Source: Nannocystis bainbridge (lineage in GTDB: Bacteria > Myxococcota_A > Polyangia > Nannocystales > Nannocystaceae). Taken from it: DNA of 64,000 nt. Below the pieces are notes generated by a model. That model was given only the letters and a program-made list of their open reading frames with translations. It did no database searches and was not told the DNA's origin. Location: NCBI RefSeq assembly GCF_028368995.1, contig NZ_JAQNDL010000001.1:736001-800000 (forward strand), in the 5' to 3' direction. Below, piece after piece: positions 41,011 through 49,154 of this stretch. How positions within the stretch are numbered: position 1 is the first letter of the stretch; every line of letters begins with the position of its first letter. The translations under genes and the position numbers were made by a program.

Positions 41011-41112
41011 TCCCCGTCAGCCGCCCGTTCTCGCGCGGCTCGCCGGCGATCTCGCGGCGGTCGCCGGGCCCTTCCCTGCCCGGCCGGCCCCGCGTTACCG
41101 TGGCCGCCCCGC

Positions 41113-42165
41113 ATGCCCGTCCGCCGCGTCCGCACGCCGCTGCTCGCCCGCCTGCGCTTCCTGGCGTACGCCCTGCGCCTGCTGGCGCCGCGCCTGGCGA
41201 TCCTGGCCGGGCTGACGATCGCCGGCGGCCTGACCCTGCTGGCGCGCGGGAGCGCGCAGGAGGTCGGGGGCCTCGATTTCGTCGCCGCCTGCTACCAGGT
41301 CTACACCCAGCTGTTCTTCGAGCACGTCAGCGCCCTGCCCGAGGACTGGGCCCTGCGCCTGATGTACTTCACGGTCCCGATCGCCGGCGCCTTCATCGTC
41401 GCCGAGGGCCTGCTCAAGGTCGGCCTGTCGCTGTTCGACTTCAACAACCACCAGACCGCGTGGATCCGCATCATGGCCCAGACCTACCGCGATCACATCA
41501 TCCTGATCGGCCTCGGCCACGTCGGCTACCGCGTGCTCGAGGAGCTGCTGGCCCGCGGGCGCGAGGTCATCGTCGTCGAGGCGCGCGCCGAGGGCCACTT
41601 CGTCGAGGAGGCGCGGGCCCGCAACGTGCCGCTGGTGATCGGCGACGCCCGCCGCGAGAGCCTGCTGCGCGAGCTCGGCCTCGACCACGCGGCCTGCCTG
41701 GTCGCCTGCACCAACGACGACCTCGTCAACCTCGAGGTCGGCCTCGACGCCCGCCAGATCAACCCGAACATCCGCCTGGTGATGCGCTTCTTCGACCAGA
41801 ACATGGCGCGCAAGCTCGGCAAGGCGTTCTCGGTCGACTCGATCTTCTCGACCTCGGCCCTCTCGGCCCCGCTGTTCGCCGCCGCCGCCCTCGACGAGAA
41901 GATCCACGGCGCCTACCGCCTCGGCGACACGCTGATGGCGACGCTCGAGATCGAGGTCCTCGCCGGCGGCCCGCTCGCCGGCAAGAACGCGACCGAGATC
42001 CGCAGCCTGCTCGACGCGCCGGTGGTCGGCCTGCGCCGCGGCAAGGACGCGCCGACCCACCGCTTCGACCGCACCGAGCCGCGCCGCCCGGGCGAGAGCG
42101 TGATCCTCCACGTGGCGGTCGACGAGATCGCCGGCGTCAAGCAGCGCGCGCGCGCCGGCGCCTGA
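41113..42165 (+). CDS. TrkA-N/RCK (NAD-binding) potassium-channel-family protein
   Basis: Two TM segments, then DHIILIGLGHVGYRV, GDAR, TNDDLVNLE, and a C-terminal RCK-C domain. Confidence 0.85.
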   Translation: MPVRRVRTPLLARLRFLAYALRLLAPRLAILAGLTIAGGLTLLARGSAQEVGGLDFVAACYQVYTQLFFEHVSALPEDWALRLMYFTVPIAGAFIVAEGLLKVGLSLFDFNNHQTAWIRIMAQTYRDHIILIGLGHVGYRVLEELLARGREVIVVEARAEGHFVEEARARNVPLVIGDARRESLLRELGLDHAACLVACTNDDLVNLEVGLDARQINPNIRLVMRFFDQNMARKLGKAFSVDSIFSTSALSAPLFAAAALDEKIHGAYRLGDTLMATLEIEVLAGGPLAGKNATEIRSLLDAPVVGLRRGKDAPTHRFDRTEPRRPGESVILHVAVDEIAGVKQRARAGA

Positions 42166-42174
42166 GCCGCCCCG

Positions 42175-45100
42175 TCAGCGCGGCTGGAGGTACTCCCAGT
42201 GGTTGCCGTGGACGTGCAATAGATAGCCGACGCCCTGCAGCGCGGCGCCCGGCGGCGGGTCGAACTCGGTGTAATGATCGGGGCCGGGGTGGGTCGGCGC
42301 ATAGACCCGAACCCGCAGGCGATAATACCAGCAGAACGCGTGGATCTCGGGGTCGCCGCCCCACCGGCCGATCTGCCCCGGGTGGGCGCAGGTCTGCGCC
42401 ATCTCGGCCAGGTAGGGCGCGTCGATCGCATATTGCCCGCGCAGGGCCGCGTGCGTCGGCTGGCCCATCGCGTGCACCACCTGGTCGCGGACCGCCCGGT
42501 GGTCGAGGCCGCGGCCGAGCGTCAGCCGCAGGATCCCGGCGAGGGCGTGGAACAGACAATTGCCATCACCCGGGGTCGCGTGCACGAAGTACGGCCCGGC
42601 CAGGCGATCGCGCAATTGCTGGCGCGGCCTGTCCCAGGTCGACCGCTCCTTGTCGATGATCGCCTGCTTGTTGTCGGGATCGCGGGTATGGGTGTAGCGC
42701 CGATCCTTGCGCAGGACCATCGGGTCCTGGCCCTCCAGGCCGCGCTCGCCGGGCAATCGCACGCCGTTGACGACGGTCGAGCTGAGGGTGCGATCGAGCT
42801 CGCCGAGCGAATTGCGGTACACCAGCAAGCGTCCGCGCGACAGGGCGATCCGGCGGGCGATCTCGACGATACGGACCTCCTGATAATTGACGAGCCACGC
42901 GCACAGCCGCTGCAGGAACCAGTCGACCTCGGTCTCGAGCCCGCCGTCCTCGTCGCGCTCGACCTCCTCGTCGGGCGCCGGCTCGCTCTTCTTGCCCGGG
43001 TCCGGCTCGCCCTTCTTACCCTTCTTCGGCGCGTCTTTCTTGCCCTTGTCCTTCTTCGCCTTCTCGGCCTCGGCCTGCTTCGCGTCGGCCGCTTGCGCCT
43101 TGCGCAGCATCGCGTGCAGCTCGGCGAACTCCTCGCGATCGATGCCGTACTTGTAGAGGTGGGCGTCCGAGAAGCCCTCCTCCGGGGTCGCGCCGGCGAA
43201 CGATGGGATCTTCGCCACGTGCTCGATCACCGTCCGGCCGCCCGGGATGTAGGCCGGGAAGGTCGCCTCGCGCTCGTCGGCGATGCTGTCCCCGACGATG
43301 ATCCGCGCGTGGAGGTTCATCGACGGCACGTGGTTGGGCGCGTCCTCGAGGTAATCCTCGAGGGTGTGGAGGCTGGCGTAGACCTTGCCGACGTACGGCC
43401 GCTTGGCCCGGCCGAGCGCGCTCCAGCCCGGCTTGAGCCGCTCGTGGTAATGGCCGGAGTAGAACTTCATGCCATAGGCGTACTTCAGCGCGTGGCGCGG
43501 ATTGTCGCCGGTCGAGACCAGCGGGCAATAGCCGTTGAGCAGGCCGTCGAAAAGGACCCAGTCGTCCGGCGGGACGAAGCCGTACTTGGCCTTGAGATGA
43601 GCCTGGATGAACTCGTCCTCGAGCTGGAGCAGGACCTCCTCGTTGCGCTCCCCCGTGCGCGCCAGATACTGCATCCATCCGGCATAGTCGGCGGAATAGC
43701 CGGAGTAATCGGCGTGGAGCTTGAGGTATTCCGCGTACTCGAACTTGGGCTTGCCGCGGGCGTAATTGTCGTATTGATAGAGGCCGAACTCGGCGCTGAG
43801 CGGCGTCTTCTGCCGGTCCGCCTTCTTGAAAGTCGGCTCGTCGGCGACGAACCCGTGCGCCTTCAGATAGGCGCCGTAGCCGATAAAGTCGGGGCCGAGC
43901 CCGGTGAGCGCGCGGACATGGGCGACGAAGACCTCCTGCGTGGCGGGCATGACCGTGCGCCGGGCCGCCTCGGGGCTCCGCCGCGCCTCCTCGCGCACCT
44001 TCGCGAGGCCGCTGGCCTGGTCCTCCTGCCACGCCTCGCGGTTGGCCAGGTAGCGGGCGACGGAGCTGTGGAAATAATCGTACTGATTTGTATAAATGTG
44101 CTGAATGGCGTCGGCGTGGCTGTCGAAGCGGACCCCGCCGACCCGTACCTCGCCGGTGTTTCGCTTGTCGAGCAGCACCTGCTTGAGCTCGAGGGCGATC
44201 CGCTCGAGCGCCTCGAGCTCCTTCGCCGAGCAATTGCCGCGGAAGTATTCGGTGGGCGAGACGCCGGCCTGGTGGAGCACCGACATGCTGTAGATCGCCC
44301 GCCCGACCTCGTTCTCGTGGCGGCTGATCTGCCGCGCCCGCGCGTCGAAGGTGCTGGTCTTGAACGTGATGCCGCGGTACTGCGCGAGGCAGAACTTGGT
44401 GGCGAGCCCGCGCAGCGCCTCGCGGTCGCCGGCCTTGAACGCGGCCTTGGCGACCTGGAAATCGGCCTCGGCCTGACGAGTCCACTCGTCCGGGCGATGG
44501 TGGATGCCGGCCATCGCGATCTGCTCGTGCTCCTTGGCGCGAGCCCCGTCGCGCACCCCGTGCACCCGCGCGATCAGCAGGTCCGGGTCCGGCTCGATCT
44601 CCGGGCCCTGGTAGCGAAAGGTGATCTTGCGCTGGTCCCGGAGCGCGCGCACGGTCTCGGCCTTCTTGTTGCGCGCGTCGAGCACGCCGCGCTGCTTGGC
44701 GCGCCGCGACAGCCACTTCTTCTTCTTGCTCCGCTCGGACGGCCGGTCGCTCTCGGGGAACCCGAACTGCTCGATGGTGAGCGCGCGCGGGTCGTCGAAG
44801 ACCTCGAGCAGGTCCTCCTCGAACTCGTCGTCGGAGTCGTCGGATTCGTAGCCGCCGGTGTCGGGCGGCGGCTCGTCCTCGTCGTCCACCAACCATTCGA
44901 TCCACTCGCGCGCGCCCGCGTCGTCGTCGTCGTCGCCCGGGTTGGCGTCCTCGCCGCGAGCCACGCGCGCGTAGACCTCGGGGTCATAGGCGACGAACAT
45001 CGGGTGACAGGCGGCCAGCAGCTTGTGGGCCCGCTGGCACTCCACCGACTCCCACTGACCCTCCTGGATCAGCGCGTCGATCAGCGTGATCGAGGGCCAC

Positions 45101-45273
45101 ACCATGGCGCGAAACGCCTTCATCGCCCCGGCATAGACCGCGTACTCGGGCGTGCCGGCGTCTTGATCCTTCCACGAGTCGATCGCCAGCAGATACGCCC
45201 CGAGCTCTCCCAGCTCGCCCCGCGCGCGCAGCCACTCGATACGGTGCAGACAGGCCTTGGCTTCGATGCACAC
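42175..45273 (-). CDS. Large putative effector/toxin: ART-like (R-S-E) region plus C-terminal OTU cysteine protease domain
   Basis: OTU motifs TPGDGNCLFHAL, WGGDPEI, HGNHW; ART-like QYRG, LVSTG, DEREATF; GAGGT SD upstream of the GTG start. Confidence 0.75.
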   Translation of the reverse strand: MCIEAKACLHRIEWLRARGELGELGAYLLAIDSWKDQDAGTPEYAVYAGAMKAFRAMVWPSITLIDALIQEGQWESVECQRAHKLLAACHPMFVAYDPEVYARVARGEDANPGDDDDDAGAREWIEWLVDDEDEPPPDTGGYESDDSDDEFEEDLLEVFDDPRALTIEQFGFPESDRPSERSKKKKWLSRRAKQRGVLDARNKKAETVRALRDQRKITFRYQGPEIEPDPDLLIARVHGVRDGARAKEHEQIAMAGIHHRPDEWTRQAEADFQVAKAAFKAGDREALRGLATKFCLAQYRGITFKTSTFDARARQISRHENEVGRAIYSMSVLHQAGVSPTEYFRGNCSAKELEALERIALELKQVLLDKRNTGEVRVGGVRFDSHADAIQHIYTNQYDYFHSSVARYLANREAWQEDQASGLAKVREEARRSPEAARRTVMPATQEVFVAHVRALTGLGPDFIGYGAYLKAHGFVADEPTFKKADRQKTPLSAEFGLYQYDNYARGKPKFEYAEYLKLHADYSGYSADYAGWMQYLARTGERNEEVLLQLEDEFIQAHLKAKYGFVPPDDWVLFDGLLNGYCPLVSTGDNPRHALKYAYGMKFYSGHYHERLKPGWSALGRAKRPYVGKVYASLHTLEDYLEDAPNHVPSMNLHARIIVGDSIADEREATFPAYIPGGRTVIEHVAKIPSFAGATPEEGFSDAHLYKYGIDREEFAELHAMLRKAQAADAKQAEAEKAKKDKGKKDAPKKGKKGEPDPGKKSEPAPDEEVERDEDGGLETEVDWFLQRLCAWLVNYQEVRIVEIARRIALSRGRLLVYRNSLGELDRTLSSTVVNGVRLPGERGLEGQDPMVLRKDRRYTHTRDPDNKQAIIDKERSTWDRPRQQLRDRLAGPYFVHATPGDGNCLFHALAGILRLTLGRGLDHRAVRDQVVHAMGQPTHAALRGQYAIDAPYLAEMAQTCAHPGQIGRWGGDPEIHAFCWYYRLRVRVYAPTHPGPDHYTEFDPPPGAALQGVGYLLHVHGNHWEYLQPR

Positions 45274-45283
45274 GATTCGGACC

Positions 45284-45946
45284 TCAGTAGCCGTGAGCGA
45301 CCGTCAAGGCGCGCCGGGTGGCCGCGTCGAGCTCGCCGGTCGGTTCGAGCCCGTGATCGCGCTGGAACCCACGCACCGCGGCGCGCAGGGCCCGTCGGGC
45401 CTGCGGCGTCGCCTCGTCCTCGGGCGCGTCCGCGGGCAAGTAGTCGAGGTTGCGCAGCCGGGCCCGCGCGCCCTCGGGCGTGTCGACGGGCCGGAGGGCG
45501 CCGAGTCGCAGCTCGATGCGCCGCTCGTGCGCGCCCTCCGGATCGATGATCACCGTGGCCGAGCCAGCGTCGCACGGGATGAAGGCGGCGACCGCCCCCT
45601 CGGCGTCGACCTCGCCGCGGATCTGCGGCAGGCCCGGCATCTCGACGCGAAACGGCAGGCCGACGAAGCTGTGGCGAGCGCCGTCCTCGTCGAGGCGCAC
45701 CCGCACGATCGAGGGCACGGCGCGGCGACGGAACACGGTGCAGGTGTCGGTCGGCGCCGAGGCCTCCTTGTCGCGGCGCGCGGGGATCTCCAGCACTTCG
45801 CCGGGCGCGAGCACCGACCCGTGGCTGCGCGCCGCCGCCAGCGCGGCGTTGGCCGGGTGCCGCCACAGCGTGTCCGGGAAGAACCCATACAGCGCCGCGA
45901 TGCTCTGCAGGCACTCTCCGGCTCGAACGACATGAGACTTGGCCAT
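45284..45946 (-). CDS. LysM + peptidoglycan-binding domain protein
   Basis: HVVRAGECLQSIAALYG..LW.HPAN..L.PGEVL.IP; C-terminal AVRGFQRDHGL.PTGELD..T. Confidence 0.85.
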   Translation of the reverse strand: MAKSHVVRAGECLQSIAALYGFFPDTLWRHPANAALAAARSHGSVLAPGEVLEIPARRDKEASAPTDTCTVFRRRAVPSIVRVRLDEDGARHSFVGLPFRVEMPGLPQIRGEVDAEGAVAAFIPCDAGSATVIIDPEGAHERRIELRLGALRPVDTPEGARARLRNLDYLPADAPEDEATPQARRALRAAVRGFQRDHGLEPTGELDAATRRALTVAHGY

Positions 45947-46075
45947 GCGGCTCCGCGCGCGGACGGCCGCAGGACCCTGTCGGCCGCCCGTCGCTGGCGC
46001 GAGCCTACCCCGCCGCGTCGCGGCCCCGCATCCGCGTTCTCCCCGAGCGCGATCCCGAGAGCGCGCGCTGCTTCG

Positions 46076-46340
46076 CCCGGCCGACCTCGCGCGCTCGGCC
46101 TTGAACTGCGTCCCCTCCGCGCTGGGCGATGGGCCGCGTCGAGGCGAGGTCCGCCGGACCCGACCTCGCGCTCGACCTTAACTTCGTCCCCTTCGCGCTG
46201 AAGATGGGCCGAGTCGGCTCGCCGAGCCCAGCCTCGCGCGCTCGGCCTTTCGCGACTTCCCTTCGCGCTGGCGATGGACCGAGTCGAGGCGTCGGCTCGC
46301 CGAGCCCGACCTCGCGCGCTCGGCCTTTCGTTACTTCGAC
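46076..46340. repeat. Four imperfect tandem repeats of about 68-79 bp
   Basis: CC(GA/AG)CCTCGCGC(GC)TCG(G/A)CCTT at 46081, 46160, 46228, 46306; shared CCCT(T/C)CGCGCTG..GATGG(G/A)CCG.GTCG. Confidence 0.8.
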
Positions 46341-46547
46341 GATCGCTGGCGGCTCGGCCTCGCCCACGTGCGCGTCGGCGTGCGCCCGTGGTGGGTCGAG
46401 GCCGGTCGCCCTGCTTGGAGCCCACGTCGCCGACTTCGATAACGGCCACGAACGACGTGCGTGGCCGTCGCGCAGCGGCCCGGCGCATTACCGACGAGGC
46501 ACGCGGCTGCTTCCTCGCGCCTCGTCGTTCGGCGCATACTCGCGGCG

Positions 46548-47555
46548 ATGCTCCGCCGCGCCGTCCTCGGCCTCGCCTCGCTGCTCGCCTGCGACTCTGC
46601 CGGCGTCGCCCCTCCGGCCGCCCCGCAGCCGGGCGCCGCCGCGACTGCCCCGAAGGACATGCCGAAACAGCCAGGTCCTCAAGGACATGCTCCCGGGGAC
46701 ATGCCCCCCGAGACAGCCTCACCCGCCGCCGCCGCCGCGCCGGTCCCTCCGCTGCCCCCGCTGGCGCGCTACGACTGGCTGACCGAGGCCGGCGGCGAGC
46801 CGCCCGCGCGCGAGCAGCTGGCCGCCGCGATCGCTCCGCCGGCCGGCGCGCGGCGGGTCGCGCTGGCGGACGGCAGCTTCGGCGCCTGGCTGCGCGGCCT
46901 GCCGCTGCTGCCGCAGGGCGCCCCGGTGCTGCTCTACAGCGGCGCCACCAAGCCCAACCAGGCCGCGCACTTCCGGGTCGTCGACCTCGACGTCGGCGAC
47001 CGCGATCTCCAGCAGTGCGCCGACGCCGTCATGCGCCTGCGCGTCGAGTACCAGTGGGCCGCCGACCAGCGGCGCGCGATCGCCTTCAAGCTGACCGACG
47101 GCACCGCCTGGACCTTCGCCGCCTACCTCGGCGGGACCCGCCTCAAGCTGGTCGGCAAGAAGGCCGAGCTCCAGCCCGGCAGCCCGCGCCCGGCCACCCG
47201 CGAGACCCTGCGCGGCTACCTGCGCACGCTCTTCACCTACGCCGGCACCGCCTCGATCGCCGCCGAGCTGCCGCGCCGCGAGCTCGCCGGGCTCACCGCC
47301 GGCGACGTGCTGGTCCAGGGCGGCTTCCCGGGGCACGCCGTCCTCGTGCTCGACCTCGCCGAGGACGATCAGGGCCGCCGCTACTTCCTGCTCGGCCAGA
47401 GCTACATGCCGGCCCAGCAGTTCCACGTGCTCAACAACCCGAGCGAGCCCGACCTCTCGCCGTGGTACCGCGCCGACGCGCTGACGACCGGCGCGATGAC
47501 CCCCGAGTGGGGCCCGTTCACGGACCGCGACCTGCGCCGCTTCCGCGACGGCTGA
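46548..47555 (+). CDS. DUF4846 family lipoprotein
   Basis: LLAC lipobox; GSFGAWLRGLPL, DLQQCADAVMRL, YAGTAS, GGFPGHAV, QSYMPAQ. Confidence 0.85.
   Translation: MLRRAVLGLASLLACDSAGVAPPAAPQPGAAATAPKDMPKQPGPQGHAPGDMPPETASPAAAAAPVPPLPPLARYDWLTEAGGEPPAREQLAAAIAPPAGARRVALADGSFGAWLRGLPLLPQGAPVLLYSGATKPNQAAHFRVVDLDVGDRDLQQCADAVMRLRVEYQWAADQRRAIAFKLTDGTAWTFAAYLGGTRLKLVGKKAELQPGSPRPATRETLRGYLRTLFTYAGTASIAAELPRRELAGLTAGDVLVQGGFPGHAVLVLDLAEDDQGRRYFLLGQSYMPAQQFHVLNNPSEPDLSPWYRADALTTGAMTPEWGPFTDRDLRRFRDG
46641..46720. repeat. 14-bp-phased CATG array inside a CDS (copy 12)
   Basis: Cores at 46644(ACTG), 46658, 46672(CAGG), 46686, 46700, 46714(CAGC); encodes ATAPKDMPKQPGPQGHAPGDMPPETAS. Confidence 0.85.
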
Positions 47556-47557
47556 GC

Positions 47558-47651
47558 GCGCCTGTCCTCACGGACATGCCGCAACGGACATGCCGCAACG
47601 GACATGCCGTCTGGGACATGCTCTCACGGACATGTCGCAAGCGACATGTCC
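47558..47651. repeat. 14-bp-phased RRRCATGYYY array (copy 13)
   Basis: Cores at 47561(CCTG), 47575, 47589, 47603, 47617, 47631, 47645; between convergent stops 47555 and 47667. Confidence 0.95.
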
Positions 47652-47666
47652 TGCACCCGTCGCGCC

Positions 47667-47996
47667 TCAGCTCGGGTCTTCGAGCAGCTCGGCGCGGACC
47701 ACCACCGGGCCGTTGCGGTCCTTCTTGACCGTCGCCGTGACCTGGACCGGGAAGCGCCCGGGCTTGCGGATCTCGATGCGGTGGATCCCCGGCGCCAGCA
47801 GCAGCGGCCCGGTCTCGGGCTCCTGCAGTACGCGGATCTGGCCGACGTAGTTGCCGTCGACGAACACCTCGGCGTCGAGGTCGGCGGGCGCCGCCTCGAT
47901 CACCAGCGGCGCCGACTGCTCCGCCCCGCTGAGCTCGCCGCGCTTGCAGCCCCCGGAAAGCGCCAGCGCCAGCGCCAGCGCGCCGATCGGCGCCAT
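47667..47996 (-). CDS. PEGA domain lipoprotein
   Basis: LSGGC lipobox; AEVFVDGNYVG, L.PGIHRIEIRKPG. Confidence 0.8.
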   Translation of the reverse strand: MAPIGALALALALSGGCKRGELSGAEQSAPLVIEAAPADLDAEVFVDGNYVGQIRVLQEPETGPLLLAPGIHRIEIRKPGRFPVQVTATVKKDRNGPVVVRAELLEDPS

Positions 47997-48015
47997 CCAC
48001 CCCGAGCTTCTCTTC

Positions 48016-49032
48016 TTATTGCAGCCGCGCGTGTACGACATCGGGCCCCTCCACCTCCAACGCCACGAGCGTCGCCCCGGGCACCTGCACCGCGGCGAGT
48101 CGCTCCTGGAGATCGGCCGCGCTGAGCGGGCCGTCGATCTTCAAGATCACCGAGCCGTCCCCGCCGACCCCGGCCACCTTGACCGCCTGGGCGCCGATCA
48201 CCGACTCCGCGATCGCGCGCTCGACCCGCCGCACGCGTGCGGCCGGCCACGGGGTGGTGAGGCGCAGGCGCAGGCCGCTGGCGGTCTGCACGGACATGCT
48301 CGAAGAGACCTGATTCGTGGCGCTCTCGAGGGCCGCCGCCGCCGCCGCCGCCGCGTCGGGCGCGAAGCCGGTGGCGGTCGCCGAGGCGGCGCCGTCGCGA
48401 CCCTCGCCGCGCAGGACCACGGCCGCCTCGGCCACGACCCCGCGGGGATACGCGACCGCGCCGAGCTCGCGACAGCGGAGCTCGAGCGTGCGGGCCGAGC
48501 CGGCGGAGATCGTGCCGCCACGGCCGTCGCGGAGCAGACCGGCCTTGATCCACCGCTGGGCGACGGCTTCGGCGGCGCCCTCGGCACAGCCCTCGCCGCG
48601 CACGGCCACCAGCGCCGGGGCCTCCTTCGTCACGGGCGCGGCCGGCAGGGCCAGCGCCTTGGACAGCCGCCCGGTGTCGATCTCGACCGACACCACGGCG
48701 GTCGCGGTCGCCCCGTCGTCGCCCTGCTGCAACACCCGATAGGCCCGCGTCCACACCGCGGCGGCGTCCATGATCTTCTTGCGCTGGACCGCGTCGGCCG
48801 GGCCGACCTGCTCGAGCGCCGCCTCGAGCGCCGCCCGCCGCGCCCGCTCGAGCGCCTGGCCGCGAGCCTTGAGGCTGTCGACCTTCTCGCTGATGGGCGC
48901 GTGTCCGGTGCCCGCGAAGGGGGCGGCCCAGGCCGGCAAACCGCCCAGGACGGCCGCCAAGACGATCGCGGCAGCGAGGCCCCGGCCGACACGGCCGCGA
49001 CCGAAGGTCTCGCCTCGCGGATGTCTCGGCAT
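48016..49032 (-). CDS. Secreted hypothetical protein
   Basis: Hydrophobic signal, then G.G.API...ARGQALERARRAALE (FlgT-N-like); start uncertain. Confidence 0.6.
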   Translation of the reverse strand: MPRHPRGETFGRGRVGRGLAAAIVLAAVLGGLPAWAAPFAGTGHAPISEKVDSLKARGQALERARRAALEAALEQVGPADAVQRKKIMDAAAVWTRAYRVLQQGDDGATATAVVSVEIDTGRLSKALALPAAPVTKEAPALVAVRGEGCAEGAAEAVAQRWIKAGLLRDGRGGTISAGSARTLELRCRELGAVAYPRGVVAEAAVVLRGEGRDGAASATATGFAPDAAAAAAAALESATNQVSSSMSVQTASGLRLRLTTPWPAARVRRVERAIAESVIGAQAVKVAGVGGDGSVILKIDGPLSAADLQERLAAVQVPGATLVALEVEGPDVVHARLQ

Positions 49033-49154
49033 GCCCCCCAGAGCCTGACAGAGTGCCGCGGCGCGGCGCAAGTATGTCGCAAATTTCAACTGCGCCCGCC
49101 GATGCGCGGTGGCAAACTCGTCGCCGCCGCGATACACCCGCGCGGCAGAGCACC

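Noticed and set aside
42274-45549. Long antisense or alternative-frame ORFs (e.g. 42274..45549+, 7117..9306-, 13520..16324+, 60375..63329+)
   Set aside because: Shadow ORFs caused by high GC and stop-codon scarcity; Arg/Pro/Ala-rich, with no motifs, and overlapping well-supported genes.
47590-48125. Short ORFs starting within CATG arrays (MS/MP..TC..GH.. peptides)
   Set aside because: ATGs are supplied on both strands by the CATG cores; no SD or coding bias. Only the DUF4846 case lies within a supported CDS.
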